From assembly GCA_964577185.1 (NCBI GenBank), contig CAZNYE010000344.1:1-32925 (forward strand): a DNA stretch of 32,925 bases, in the 5' to 3' direction. The notes beneath the pieces were generated by a model, which had not been told where the DNA came from, did not search any database, and saw nothing but the letters and a program-made list of their open reading frames with translations. Origin of the DNA: an uncultured Pseudomonadales bacterium (lineage in GTDB: Bacteria; Pseudomonadota; Gammaproteobacteria; Pseudomonadales; Azotimanducaceae). The stretch's first letter is position 1, and each line of letters opens with the position of its first letter. The position numbers were made by a program, and so were the translations under genes. Below are positions 8,551 through 16,163 of this stretch, one piece after another.

Positions 8551-8603
8551 AAGGCCCTAATTGTCCGCATAGGATAAGGACTATTTCAAACGGGAACCAA
8601 CCA

Positions 8604-9062
8604 ATGTCAACGCTCGAAATATCCGAAATGTCCGACCGAGGGGAACATCGCTGGGGAATCAGTTTGATCTCTGATGAGGGGGTCGGGATTCTCAAGAGCC
8701 TTAGCCCGCTTGCAAAGGGGGCCGCGCTGGCGTCGGCAAAATCTCTAAAACACAAAGGACCAGACGCTTCTCTTTTTGAGAGCAGCCCAGAGGATCTGAA
8801 CAGGCCTGCTTGGATCTTCGAGAAGCAAGAAGACACTTGGGTTCTCAAATTCACTCTGGTTACCGAAACGCCATTTGAAGTCCTGACAAACAAGGTGGAC
8901 TCTGTCATCTCCCCGATGATCGCGGACGAGAAGGAGTTTGAGGCTGTGAGGTACACCTTGACGAAGGCTGAGATAAAGTGGAACCCTCCGGAGGCGGATC
9001 CCGCCTACATTGAAAAACAGTCCGACATGACTCCAACTGTTGGCATCCCCGGGAGCTGGTAG
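8604..9062 (+). CDS. hypothetical protein (152 aa), first gene of the E1-like operon; possible tandem YegP/DUF1508-like repeats
   Basis: ATG at 8604 is preferred over the GTG at 8535, which lies inside the inverted repeat. 'EHRWGISLISDEGVGILKSLSPLAKGAALASAKSLK' and 'AWIFEKQEDTWVLKFTL...' look like YegP-type repeats. The protein ends ...TVGIPGSW. Confidence 0.55.
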   Translation: MSTLEISEMSDRGEHRWGISLISDEGVGILKSLSPLAKGAALASAKSLKHKGPDASLFESSPEDLNRPAWIFEKQEDTWVLKFTLVTETPFEVLTNKVDSVISPMIADEKEFEAVRYTLTKAEIKWNPPEADPAYIEKQSDMTPTVGIPGSW

Positions 9063-9425
9063 ATGGGGCCATCATTGGAAATGAGAGAGGCGCTTGATAG
9101 ATTCTTCAAGTGGACTTTGACCAATGTCTCGGAACTGGAGAATCCGGTGTTGATCGTGCTGGACTACAGCCCGCAGGATGACGGACGCCCCTTATCTATT
9201 GCGTATGACTACACCAACGGGCCGAAGTGCTGGCTCAGCGAAACGAAAGTGCGAGATTTAGACAGCACAGGCCCAAACCCCAACTCCAACTATCGACAGT
9301 TTGCTTTTGAAGGCCGAAGGTTTTACCCCTATTCAATTGTGCCCCTCTCCACCACGGTGTTTGAGGACATCGAAGAGTTCAGATCTGCATGTCTACGTCT
9401 CTACCATCACATAGATTGGGGTTAG
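9063..9425 (+). CDS. hypothetical protein (120 aa), second gene of the E1-like operon
   Basis: The ATG immediately follows the TAG of the upstream gene. Protein-like sequence with single candidate Cys sites ('NGPKCWLSE', 'RSACLRLY'). No family recognised. Confidence 0.55.
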   Translation: MGPSLEMREALDRFFKWTLTNVSELENPVLIVLDYSPQDDGRPLSIAYDYTNGPKCWLSETKVRDLDSTGPNPNSNYRQFAFEGRRFYPYSIVPLSTTVFEDIEEFRSACLRLYHHIDWG

Positions 9426-9431
9426 AATTTG

Positions 9432-10175
9432 ATGAGCATTGACGTGCGCACGATCGCCGGCCTGGGCATGGATGTCGTAGAGAAGCTCAGATCACTGCGC
9501 TTTTGCATTGTCGGATGCGGGGGCACCGGGGCAAACTTCGCTGAATTGCTGGTGAGAACCGGAGCCAAAAGACTGACCCTTATCGATGGTGACCTAGTCG
9601 ACGAATCAAACCTTAACCGGGTGTTCAGTTTTTGTGCGGCGGACGTTGGTCAGCCCAAGGTTGAAGCGCTGAGGAACCGGTTACATTCGATTCGTCCCAA
9701 CGTAGAAGTTTCCCCGCTTCAGGATAGCTTCAGAAGGTCGGAAGACCTATTGGACGATCATCCTGCAGGACAACGTGTCAGGGACGCCGTCTACGATTCT
9801 GACGTTGTGTTCATTGGCACAGACAGCAACACGTCTAGGCTGGCAATTGAAAGGCTTTGTCAGGATAAGGGCCGTGGAACACTACTGTCGTGTGGTGTGC
9901 GGGTGGATCGTAAAGCTGGTGTCTTCGAATATGAGTGTTCTTGGCGACCTAGAACACCGGTGGACCTTGAGACGGCCAAAGGTTACGGACCGGAAAACGC
10001 ATCGTACGCATCGATAGTTCTCGAAGCTACTTCAGTTGCGTTCACGATGCTTCTCAGCCACTTGAAGTCCGAACAGGGCGGTTTCAGATCATACTTCAAG
10101 AGATACGATCCTAGCTTCCGACCAGTCTTTACCGAGGTGGACAGAACGTCCAATAACAGTACACCGTCGATCTAG
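9432..10175 (+). CDS. ThiF/MoeB/HesA-family E1-like adenylyltransferase (minimal, 247 aa)
   Basis: 'FCIVGCGGTGANFAELLVRTGAKRLTLIDGDLVDESNLNRV' (glycine loop at 9513-9530) and 'VVFIGTDSNTSRLAIERLC' match the ThiF/E1 nucleotide-binding and Mg/Asp motifs. It starts 6 nt after the previous stop. Confidence 0.8.
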   Translation: MSIDVRTIAGLGMDVVEKLRSLRFCIVGCGGTGANFAELLVRTGAKRLTLIDGDLVDESNLNRVFSFCAADVGQPKVEALRNRLHSIRPNVEVSPLQDSFRRSEDLLDDHPAGQRVRDAVYDSDVVFIGTDSNTSRLAIERLCQDKGRGTLLSCGVRVDRKAGVFEYECSWRPRTPVDLETAKGYGPENASYASIVLEATSVAFTMLLSHLKSEQGGFRSYFKRYDPSFRPVFTEVDRTSNNSTPSI

Positions 10176-10647
10176 TATCCCAAGCGCGAAGAGCATCCTT
10201 CCCCACGATCTTTCCGTTGATTATCGCCATGAAATGGCCATGCAGTAGCGCCACGAACCGACCTTGCCGCCTATTTCGAAGGGCGCCTAGCGTCGAGGCG
10301 TCGGTGGAGTAGAGACTCTCAACGTTCAGGTACTTTAGGGCGATCGCAAATTCCCGATTTGTAACGCCACCGTAAGGCCAGTTTTCAGCGCATAACTGGA
10401 AGGCCTCTATGATTCGGGCTTCTGGGATCCAAGGTGCCGCCCAGTAAAGGGAGGCCAGGGCGCAATCGTGCACCCCCGCTCCTACCGTGGTTGGGCGCAT
10501 CAAATGGTTGCCCGCCAGCCCAACCCATATTCTATCTGCCAGCCTGCGAACAGCGGGCAATCCTTGGCTGCGCATGAAGCCTGCAACGCGCCCAGCGTCA
10601 CGCTTGAGAAGGAATATTGACCTGTACATGGAAGAGCACGCTAGCAT
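10129..10647 (-). CDS. papain-like (C39-like) cysteine peptidase, convergent with and overlapping the 3' end of the E1-like gene
   Basis: 'GAGVHDCALASLYWAAPW' (Cys codon at 10462-10464), then 'GVTNREFAIALKYLNVE', then 'FVALLHGHFMAIINGKIVG' give the Cys...His order of C39/papain-fold peptidases. Start is set at an internal Met (10647) because the upstream part of the ORF covers the vapC remnant. Confidence 0.5.
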   Translation of the reverse strand: MLACSSMYRSIFLLKRDAGRVAGFMRSQGLPAVRRLADRIWVGLAGNHLMRPTTVGAGVHDCALASLYWAAPWIPEARIIEAFQLCAENWPYGGVTNREFAIALKYLNVESLYSTDASTLGALRNRRQGRFVALLHGHFMAIINGKIVGKDALRAWDTRSTVYCYWTFCPPR

Positions 10648-10679
10648 GAATGAAGGGCGCGCAGCAGGCACTTTGCCGC

Positions 10680-10885
10680 TTAGCGTGTCCCACGTCGAAT
10701 AGGATCTAAGAACTGGATTTCGGGCAAGAGTCGTTCTTTGTCGGTGACGACCACACAATTGTGCGAGACCGTGTTCGCTGTGATGATTTGAAGAAATCCT
10801 CGTCTACCTTGGCAGCCATCAAGCTCAAACGAGAATCCGGTAGGGTGGGCTTGGCGACGGTACTGACAATGTTGGTGTCGAGAAG
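10680..10885 (-). pseudogene. vapC: decayed PIN-domain (VapC-type) toxin gene: no start codon, internal deletion and frameshift
   Basis: My translation gives 'LLDTNIVSTVAKPTLPDS...' directly after the antitoxin stop but preceded by an in-frame TAG. A second frame gives '...IITANTVSHNCVVVTDKERLLPEIQFLDP', a typical PIN C-terminus. Total length is about 70 codons against about 130 expected. Confidence 0.5.
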
Positions 10886-10893
10886 CTACCGAT

Positions 10894-11133
10894 TCACAGG
10901 TCAATCTCTCGACCTGGCTCGAGTGGTCGCTGCGGAATCGCGTGATCACCCACAAGCGGTGAGCGCCGAAGTGCTTGTAGGATTGCGCCTCTTTCTTGTG
11001 CCTTGCCGACGAGCTCACGGCGCGTGACTTCCCGAAGCCTTTCAGCCCCTGGGCCGTCCTGGCACAATCGATCGGCGAACAAGCGGATAAGCTCGCGATC
11101 CGTCTCCCGCCCAATGATCTCGAAGCGGGTCAT
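10894..11133 (-). CDS. vapB: FitA/VapB-like (Arc/RHH-type) antitoxin homologue, divergent
   Basis: 'FEIIGRETDRELIRLFADRLCQDGPGAERLREVTRRELV' aligns without gaps to the 'ltIRnLddelkrrLrvRAa.hGrSmEaEaReILr' pattern. The C-terminal '...PLEPGREIDL' tail is typical. It lies immediately upstream of the PIN remnant. Confidence 0.45.
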   Translation of the reverse strand: MTRFEIIGRETDRELIRLFADRLCQDGPGAERLREVTRRELVGKAQERGAILQALRRSPLVGDHAIPQRPLEPGREIDL

Positions 11134-11370
11134 ACCGCGCTGCGTTGATTGGCTGCGACCTTTGTTAATGGTCTGTCTTTGAAGTGACCCGTCCAAGATT
11201 TGTCTCCATAGCAATGCAAGAAAAATATAGGGTAACGCCCTAGAAAACAAGTTATCGACAGATCTGTGGCCTACAGTAGACGCAGTCGAGAAGCAGTGCC
11301 ATTCTCACACACTGCAACAGCGTTAAATTTGTTCCTACGAGCAACCACCGAAAACTGACAGACTGAACCA

Positions 11371-12063
11371 ATGATCACGGAATCAGACCGATTGCAGGCT
11401 CAGTTTGAGGTTGGAGATGAAGTGACATTCGCCAGCGCTGGCAAGGGGCGAATGCATGGCAAGATTTCGAAGCTCAATCTCGAAACTGCCACGGCACATT
11501 GTGGAGAAGACCGTTGGCTTGTCCCGTATCGACTACTCAAGGCGGTGGGTGGGGCGCCCCTCGAAGACAGACATGAACGGCTGATTGAGGTTGCCCGGGA
11601 AGCGCGAGAACTGATGGACAGGCACGGCCTCAGCGAGTGGGCCTTTCAATATAGCCCCGCTCGACAAAGGCTTGGCCTGTGCAAGGAAAAAGAGAAGCTC
11701 ATTCAACTCGGGCGGCGCCACGCGCTAAACGATGACCCAAGCCAAGTCACGGACACCATATTGCATGAAATCGCCCACGCGCTCGCAGGCGCGAAAGCTG
11801 GACGCGGACCTGCTTGGCGCGAGATCGCGAAGCGACTCGGCGCAACGCCGAAAGCGCTGAAGCCAAGCGACCCAGAGGTTGATGACAAGATTAGAAGTGC
11901 CGTGTCGGTGGGAATGACAGCGAATTTCCGCGCTGCGCGAGGCCGCATTCTCACCGGGATAATTGTCAGGCTAAATCGAAAGACCGTGCGGGTCTCTTGC
12001 GATGGTCGCATGATGCTGGTGCCTTATGGCTGCATGGTGCTTCCCGAAGGCGACAACTTTTGA
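11371..12063 (+). CDS. SprT-like zinc metalloprotease domain protein
   Basis: 'RLGLCKEKEKLIQLGRRHALNDDPSQVTDTILHEIAHALAG...GPAWREIAKRLG' gives the SprT-like core with an HExxH motif. Confidence 0.7.
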   Translation: MITESDRLQAQFEVGDEVTFASAGKGRMHGKISKLNLETATAHCGEDRWLVPYRLLKAVGGAPLEDRHERLIEVAREARELMDRHGLSEWAFQYSPARQRLGLCKEKEKLIQLGRRHALNDDPSQVTDTILHEIAHALAGAKAGRGPAWREIAKRLGATPKALKPSDPEVDDKIRSAVSVGMTANFRAARGRILTGIIVRLNRKTVRVSCDGRMMLVPYGCMVLPEGDNF

Positions 12064-12090
12064 GTTGATGGCGAAGCAATCCGCAGCGCC

Positions 12091-12864
12091 CTAAGGGAAG
12101 TCCCCAAGCTCCCGCAACATTCGCTTGAGCGCAAAGTGTCGATAGCTCGCGAGTGTCAGATCTTCGATCTCGTCCCAGTCTGCATCATCTTCGACGTCGA
12201 GTTCGATCCACCCGTTGTGGCCTATGTAGGGGGGAATGCGGTAACGAGGGTCGAATGTGAGCGCGGCTTGACCATCCTTCCCGGTCCAGAATTGCAATCG
12301 AATGCGACGTTCCCTGCTGTGGGCGATCACGAAGGTCTTCTTGCCAGCCTTCCAGGCGGGATTGCCGAACTGGGCACCCTCTGCGGTTTCCGGCAGCGCG
12401 AGGCAAATCTCACGCAGTTTGGACAGCACTTCTTGTGCCCTTGGTCTCGCTAAGGGGTCAAATTCTTCAACCGGAAGCGTCTCGGTTGGTGGCTCGATGT
12501 TGATCGTCTCGCCAAGGAGATGTGTTAGATCCCGTGGCGCTACATGCTCGTAGGCTTCTCGCACCCGCTCAGCGACAGTGCTCCAACGCAGGCCCTTGTC
12601 GAGGTGCACGCCAAGCCAGCCCCGCGGCCCAAGGTAGGGCGGCACGAAATAGTACTCGGGCTCAGTGCTCGTATAGAACTCTTGGGAACCTTCTGGGACA
12701 TGTAGCCAAAGCGCGATTCGCCCGTCTCCATGATGATTGACGACATATGTGGCGAAGGTCCTGCCAGCCACACGGAAGTCCGGCGACCCCCGCGATGGTC
12801 GCTCTTCGGTCTCCGGGAAAGACAGGCATACTTCGCGCACCGCATGGCTTATGTTCTTTGCCAA
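12091..12864 (-). CDS. MmcQ/YjbR-family protein (two tandem YjbR-like domains)
   Basis: Two repeats begin 'VREVCLSFPETEERPSRGSPDFRVAGRTFA' and 'LREICLALPETAEGAQFGNPAWKAGKKTFV', the characteristic YjbR N-terminal block. Confidence 0.65.
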   Translation of the reverse strand: MAKNISHAVREVCLSFPETEERPSRGSPDFRVAGRTFATYVVNHHGDGRIALWLHVPEGSQEFYTSTEPEYYFVPPYLGPRGWLGVHLDKGLRWSTVAERVREAYEHVAPRDLTHLLGETINIEPPTETLPVEEFDPLARPRAQEVLSKLREICLALPETAEGAQFGNPAWKAGKKTFVIAHSRERRIRLQFWTGKDGQAALTFDPRYRIPPYIGHNGWIELDVEDDADWDEIEDLTLASYRHFALKRMLRELGDFP

Positions 12865-12907
12865 GGCTAATTCCTTTTGTAGAGGTTACGTGTCATCGCG
12901 GTCATCC

Positions 12908-13693
12908 TCAGGTGGCAAAGGCTACCCTGACCGAGCCAAGCCCCTCGATTCGCGCCTCCACCACATCGCCAGGGGCCACCGGCACCATCGGCCCGAGTGC
13001 GCCGGTCAAGATCGTGTCTCCGGCATCGAGCGGCATGCCCACCTCGACCATCTTACGGGCCAGCCAGAGCGCCGCGTTGAGTGGATTGCCGAGGCATGCG
13101 GCACCGCTGCCGATGGAGGTCTGATCGCCGTTGCGTTCCATCACCATGCCGCATTCGCGTAAGTCGATGTCGCCGAGCTTCACCGGTCGGGTGCCGAGCA
13201 CATACATCCCAGAGGAGGCGTTGTCGGCCACTGTGTCAAGGATTTCGATACGCCAGTCGGCGATGCGGGAACCCACTACCTCGATGGCCGGGAGCGCGTA
13301 GGCGACGGCATCGATTAAATCGATCAATGTGAGCTGATCGCGGCCCAAGGCGGAATGCAGCACCAACGCCACCTCGGCCTCGCAGCGCGGCTGCAACACG
13401 CTGCCCGCAACGATTTCCTCGCCATCGGCCAGGCACATGTCGGCGAATAGCATGCCGAAGTCAGGCTGGTTGACACCGAGTTGCTCCTGCACCGCCTTCG
13501 CTGTCAGCCCAATCTTCCGCCCTACTATTCGGCGGCCTTCCCTCACCCAATGCTCGGTGTTGGTTTGCTGCACGCGATAGGCGGCGCCGATGTCGCCTTC
13601 GGACAATCTGTCGCGGACAGGTTCGATGGGTTCGCCGTCTTGCCAAGCCGTGCGTATGTCAGCGGCTATCTCGGCGATCAAGTCTTCGCTCAT
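12908..13693 (-). CDS. mhpD: 2-keto-4-pentenoate (2-oxopent-4-enoate) hydratase
   Basis: Near full-length similarity to E. coli MhpD as I recall it: '[29 protein letters not shown]', '[14 protein letters not shown]', '[10 protein letters not shown]', '[14 protein letters not shown]', '[10 protein letters not shown]'. Confidence 0.85.
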   Translation of the reverse strand: MSEDLIAEIAADIRTAWQDGEPIEPVRDRLSEGDIGAAYRVQQTNTEHWVREGRRIVGRKIGLTAKAVQEQLGVNQPDFGMLFADMCLADGEEIVAGSVLQPRCEAEVALVLHSALGRDQLTLIDLIDAVAYALPAIEVVGSRIADWRIEILDTVADNASSGMYVLGTRPVKLGDIDLRECGMVMERNGDQTSIGSGAACLGNPLNAALWLARKMVEVGMPLDAGDTILTGALGPMVPVAPGDVVEARIEGLGSVRVAFAT

Positions 13694-13784
13694 CGCTTGC
13701 TCCTAAAGCGCTCTATTGACACTTTCGCCACCCTTCTACTATGGTTTTCGCCCATTGCCTAATATGATTTTCGCCAAGTAGGAA

Positions 13785-15089
13785 GTGCGCGTTGTGGACA
13801 GCACACACATATTACCCCGGCATCTAAGCGCTGAGCTCGAAGATGCGCTGAGCTATTCGCGTGTTGTGAATGTCGTGGGAGCTCGACAAGTCGGGAAGAC
13901 TACGCTTGTCCGGGATATCCTTCAGGCGGGGCGATTTATCTCGCTAGATGACGATGCGGTACTCGAAGCCATGGAGGCTGATCCTTGGGGCCAATTGCAG
14001 CGCCTTACGGAACAGACGAAGGGGTCGCCTCTGATCATTGACGAAGCACAACGTTCCAAGCGGCTGCCACTGGCCATAAAGAGAGTGGTAGACCTCAGCA
14101 ATCGACCGGGCCAATTCGTGCTCACTGGCCCTTCAAATGTGTTCACGACTCAGCATGTGGCCGATTCATTGGCAGGCCGGATGGTGACATTGACCCTGTG
14201 GCCATTGACTATGGCCGAAACTCTACATAGGAGCCCGTCGCAGTTTCTCGACTGGTCGGTGTCTCCAACCTTGGACATTGCCGATCTGCCCGAACCAGAG
14301 CCCGCGACTAGAGAAGACTATATAGATTACATCCTGAGGGGAGGATTTCCCGAAGTCCGAAGTCTTGAAGAGCGGCGTCGTCAGTTGACATATCGTCAAT
14401 ATGTCAACTCGATCGTTGAGCGTGACGTGGCAGACATTCTCCGCATCCGAAAGAGTGACGCACTCGGCCGCTTAATCAATCTGCTTGCCATTCGTACGGG
14501 CACAGAATTAAACATTGAGGAACTGGGCAAACTCGTCCGAGTGCAACGACTCACCTTGGAGCAATACCTCGATTTATTGACACGATTGTCACTTGTGATC
14601 AAGCTCGGGGCGTGGTCCTCCGGCGAAGCTGGCCGCGAAATCAGAAACGCAAAGCACCACTTCGCCGATACTGGAATCGCGGCCGCCCTTCGTGGGCTAG
14701 CCCTGCCGTCTTTCGACCCTGATGCCAATCCCTCGGCACTCGGCGGACTTCTTGAAAGCTTCGTGTTCTCGGAGCTTCTGAGATCCTCGCCCTACCAGAG
14801 TAATAGTTTTCGGTTCTATCACTGGCGGGACCGGCGCGGCCGGGAGATTGACATTCTTGCCGAGAGCGGAACTGCCTTGTGCGCTGTCGAAGTGAAAGCG
14901 TCGACATCTGTAAGTCATCAAGACTTCAAACACCTTCGATGGTTCGCCACGGAAGGGCCGGGACGGTCCCGTCAGGTGAGCTCATTTGTTCTCTATCTAG
15001 GGGAGCACAAGCTCAGTTTTGCGGATCGGATGTTCGCGTTGCCGGTCAGTTGTCTCTGGGGCGGGCGCAAGAATTCGAGCAGCAATTGA
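13785..15089 (+). CDS. AAA+ ATPase with DUF4143-type C-terminal domain
   Basis: Walker A 'VGARQVGKTTLV' and Walker B-like 'PLIIDEAQR'. The C-terminal 'YHWRDRRGREIDILAE...CAVEVKAS' resembles a PD-(D/E)xK-like DUF4143 block. GTG start. Confidence 0.75.
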   Translation: MRVVDSTHILPRHLSAELEDALSYSRVVNVVGARQVGKTTLVRDILQAGRFISLDDDAVLEAMEADPWGQLQRLTEQTKGSPLIIDEAQRSKRLPLAIKRVVDLSNRPGQFVLTGPSNVFTTQHVADSLAGRMVTLTLWPLTMAETLHRSPSQFLDWSVSPTLDIADLPEPEPATREDYIDYILRGGFPEVRSLEERRRQLTYRQYVNSIVERDVADILRIRKSDALGRLINLLAIRTGTELNIEELGKLVRVQRLTLEQYLDLLTRLSLVIKLGAWSSGEAGREIRNAKHHFADTGIAAALRGLALPSFDPDANPSALGGLLESFVFSELLRSSPYQSNSFRFYHWRDRRGREIDILAESGTALCAVEVKASTSVSHQDFKHLRWFATEGPGRSRQVSSFVLYLGEHKLSFADRMFALPVSCLWGGRKNSSSN

Positions 15090-15183
15090 TTTTGACTTTG
15101 ACAGAATCGCTACAATCGCACACTTCTAAGCACTCGGTCCTCGGCAAGCTCGTGACACAAGCACCGGAACTCGCTGAGCTTCT
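15083..15183. repeat. direct repeat copy 1 (101 bp), decayed duplicate of the nitroreductase 5' region
   Basis: Aligned by eye to 16063-16163 at a constant offset of 980 bp, with 91/101 identical. The start codon of copy 2 (AATG) reads TAAG here. Confidence 0.85.
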
Positions 15184-15222
15184 GAGCGATTTAGCTGCGT
15201 CCAGAATTTTGAGAATCGTAAC

Positions 15223-15699
15223 TCACTCCTCTCTCGGATGTTGGGACGTTAGGACCGCCTCTTTTCCCGCTGCCACTCCTTGTTGCATGGAAAGCGCTCT
15301 TCCGATCAGACGTGCATCTGTTGATTCCGCTACCTTGTTACGCAAGCGGTGATCGGCAGTGATCATTGGCCAGTTGTTTTCTATGGCCAACATCAGGTAG
15401 ATGCAGTCGTAAGCGGCGTGATCGAGTTGAATTGCAAGCTCCGTTGCGCCGTTCATTAGGTGCCGCGTTGGCAAGATTTCAACGTTCGCTTGTTGCAATA
15501 GTCTAGATGCGGCGATGGCTTCATCATGTGTGAGATCACCTCGTCGCGCCTTTTTCCAGAGAATGTTCGCGCACTCGGCTATCAATAGATCCGGAGCTGA
15601 CAGTAAGCAGTTTTCCAAGACTGCAACAGCGAGCGAGGAATCTGATTCTTCCACTACCCACTTAATTGCCACGCTGGCATCTATAACGAACCGCCTCAC
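15223..15699 (-). CDS. vapC: PIN-domain toxin (VapC family)
   Basis: 'MRRFVIDASVAIKWVVEE' and 'PMITADHRL' are PIN acidic-residue blocks. 4-nt overlap with the upstream antitoxin gene. Confidence 0.8.
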   Translation of the reverse strand: MRRFVIDASVAIKWVVEESDSSLAVAVLENCLLSAPDLLIAECANILWKKARRGDLTHDEAIAASRLLQQANVEILPTRHLMNGATELAIQLDHAAYDCIYLMLAIENNWPMITADHRLRNKVAESTDARLIGRALSMQQGVAAGKEAVLTSQHPREE

Positions 15700-15935
15700 C
15701 TTTCTTGACGGCCTTCACGTTGCAAGTCTTCGGATGGCGTTTGTCTTCTACCTTGCGTGAGTTTGCGCATACGGGCCGCTAGCTCAATAAACGAGGGCTC
15801 AACTTCAGCGGAGAGCGCTTGCCGCAGTATCTCTCGATGCTCCGCTTCTGCGGAGCGTCCGTTGTGGGCGGCGCGCCGCCTGAGGCGGATCACAAGGTCA
15901 TCTTCCAAATTGCGAACTTGCAAACTCTTGGGCAT
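15696..15935 (-). CDS. vapB: FitA/VapB-like Arc/RHH antitoxin
   Basis: 'LQVRNLEDDLVIRLRRRAAHNGRSAEAEHREILRQAL' is a canonical ribbon-helix-helix antitoxin N-terminus. Confidence 0.8.
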   Translation of the reverse strand: MPKSLQVRNLEDDLVIRLRRRAAHNGRSAEAEHREILRQALSAEVEPSFIELAARMRKLTQGRRQTPSEDLQREGRQER

Positions 15936-16062
15936 ATCCGACAGCTCGCCTCAAAACGCTATATCTGACCTCATTGATAACAAGAAGTCAATTGAATTCT
16001 GCGAGTTCAAACTGTCTGTACCATGCGGCTACTAGCACTTTCGCCAGCCGTGCGACCACACT

Positions 16063-16163
16063 CAATTGATTCCGACCTTGACAGAATCGCTACAATCGAA
16101 CGCTTCAATGCACTCGGTCCTAGGCAAGCTCGTGACAAAAGCACCGGAACTCGCAGAGCTTCT
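16063..16163. repeat. direct repeat copy 2 (101 bp) covering the upstream region and first codons of the nitroreductase gene
   Basis: See copy 1; the pair brackets only the VapBC cassette. Confidence 0.85.

Noticed and set aside
8535-8603. GTG-initiated N-terminal extension of the first E1-operon gene
   Set aside because: The GTG lies in the spacer of the perfect inverted repeat, and the extension (MLNVREGPNCPHRIRTISNGNQP) is not protein-like. The ATG at 8604 is more plausible.
10648-10758. N-terminal 37 codons of the 209-aa ORF for the Cys peptidase
   Set aside because: This part overlaps the vapC remnant and reads as Arg-rich junk. Internal Met codons at 10647 or 10629 are more plausible starts.
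12136-13646. Many 60-140-aa ORFs on both strands within the YjbR and MhpD genes
   Set aside because: These are typical spurious ORFs of GC-rich DNA, with Arg/Pro/Ala-rich translations. The annotated frames have strong family similarity.
15086-15116. Promoter-like hexamers (TTGATT / TTGACA ... TACAAT) inside both direct-repeat copies
   Set aside because: Spacings are 19 nt or 7 nt rather than 16-18 nt, so I do not call a sigma-70 promoter, although the repeat probably contains the nitroreductase promoter.
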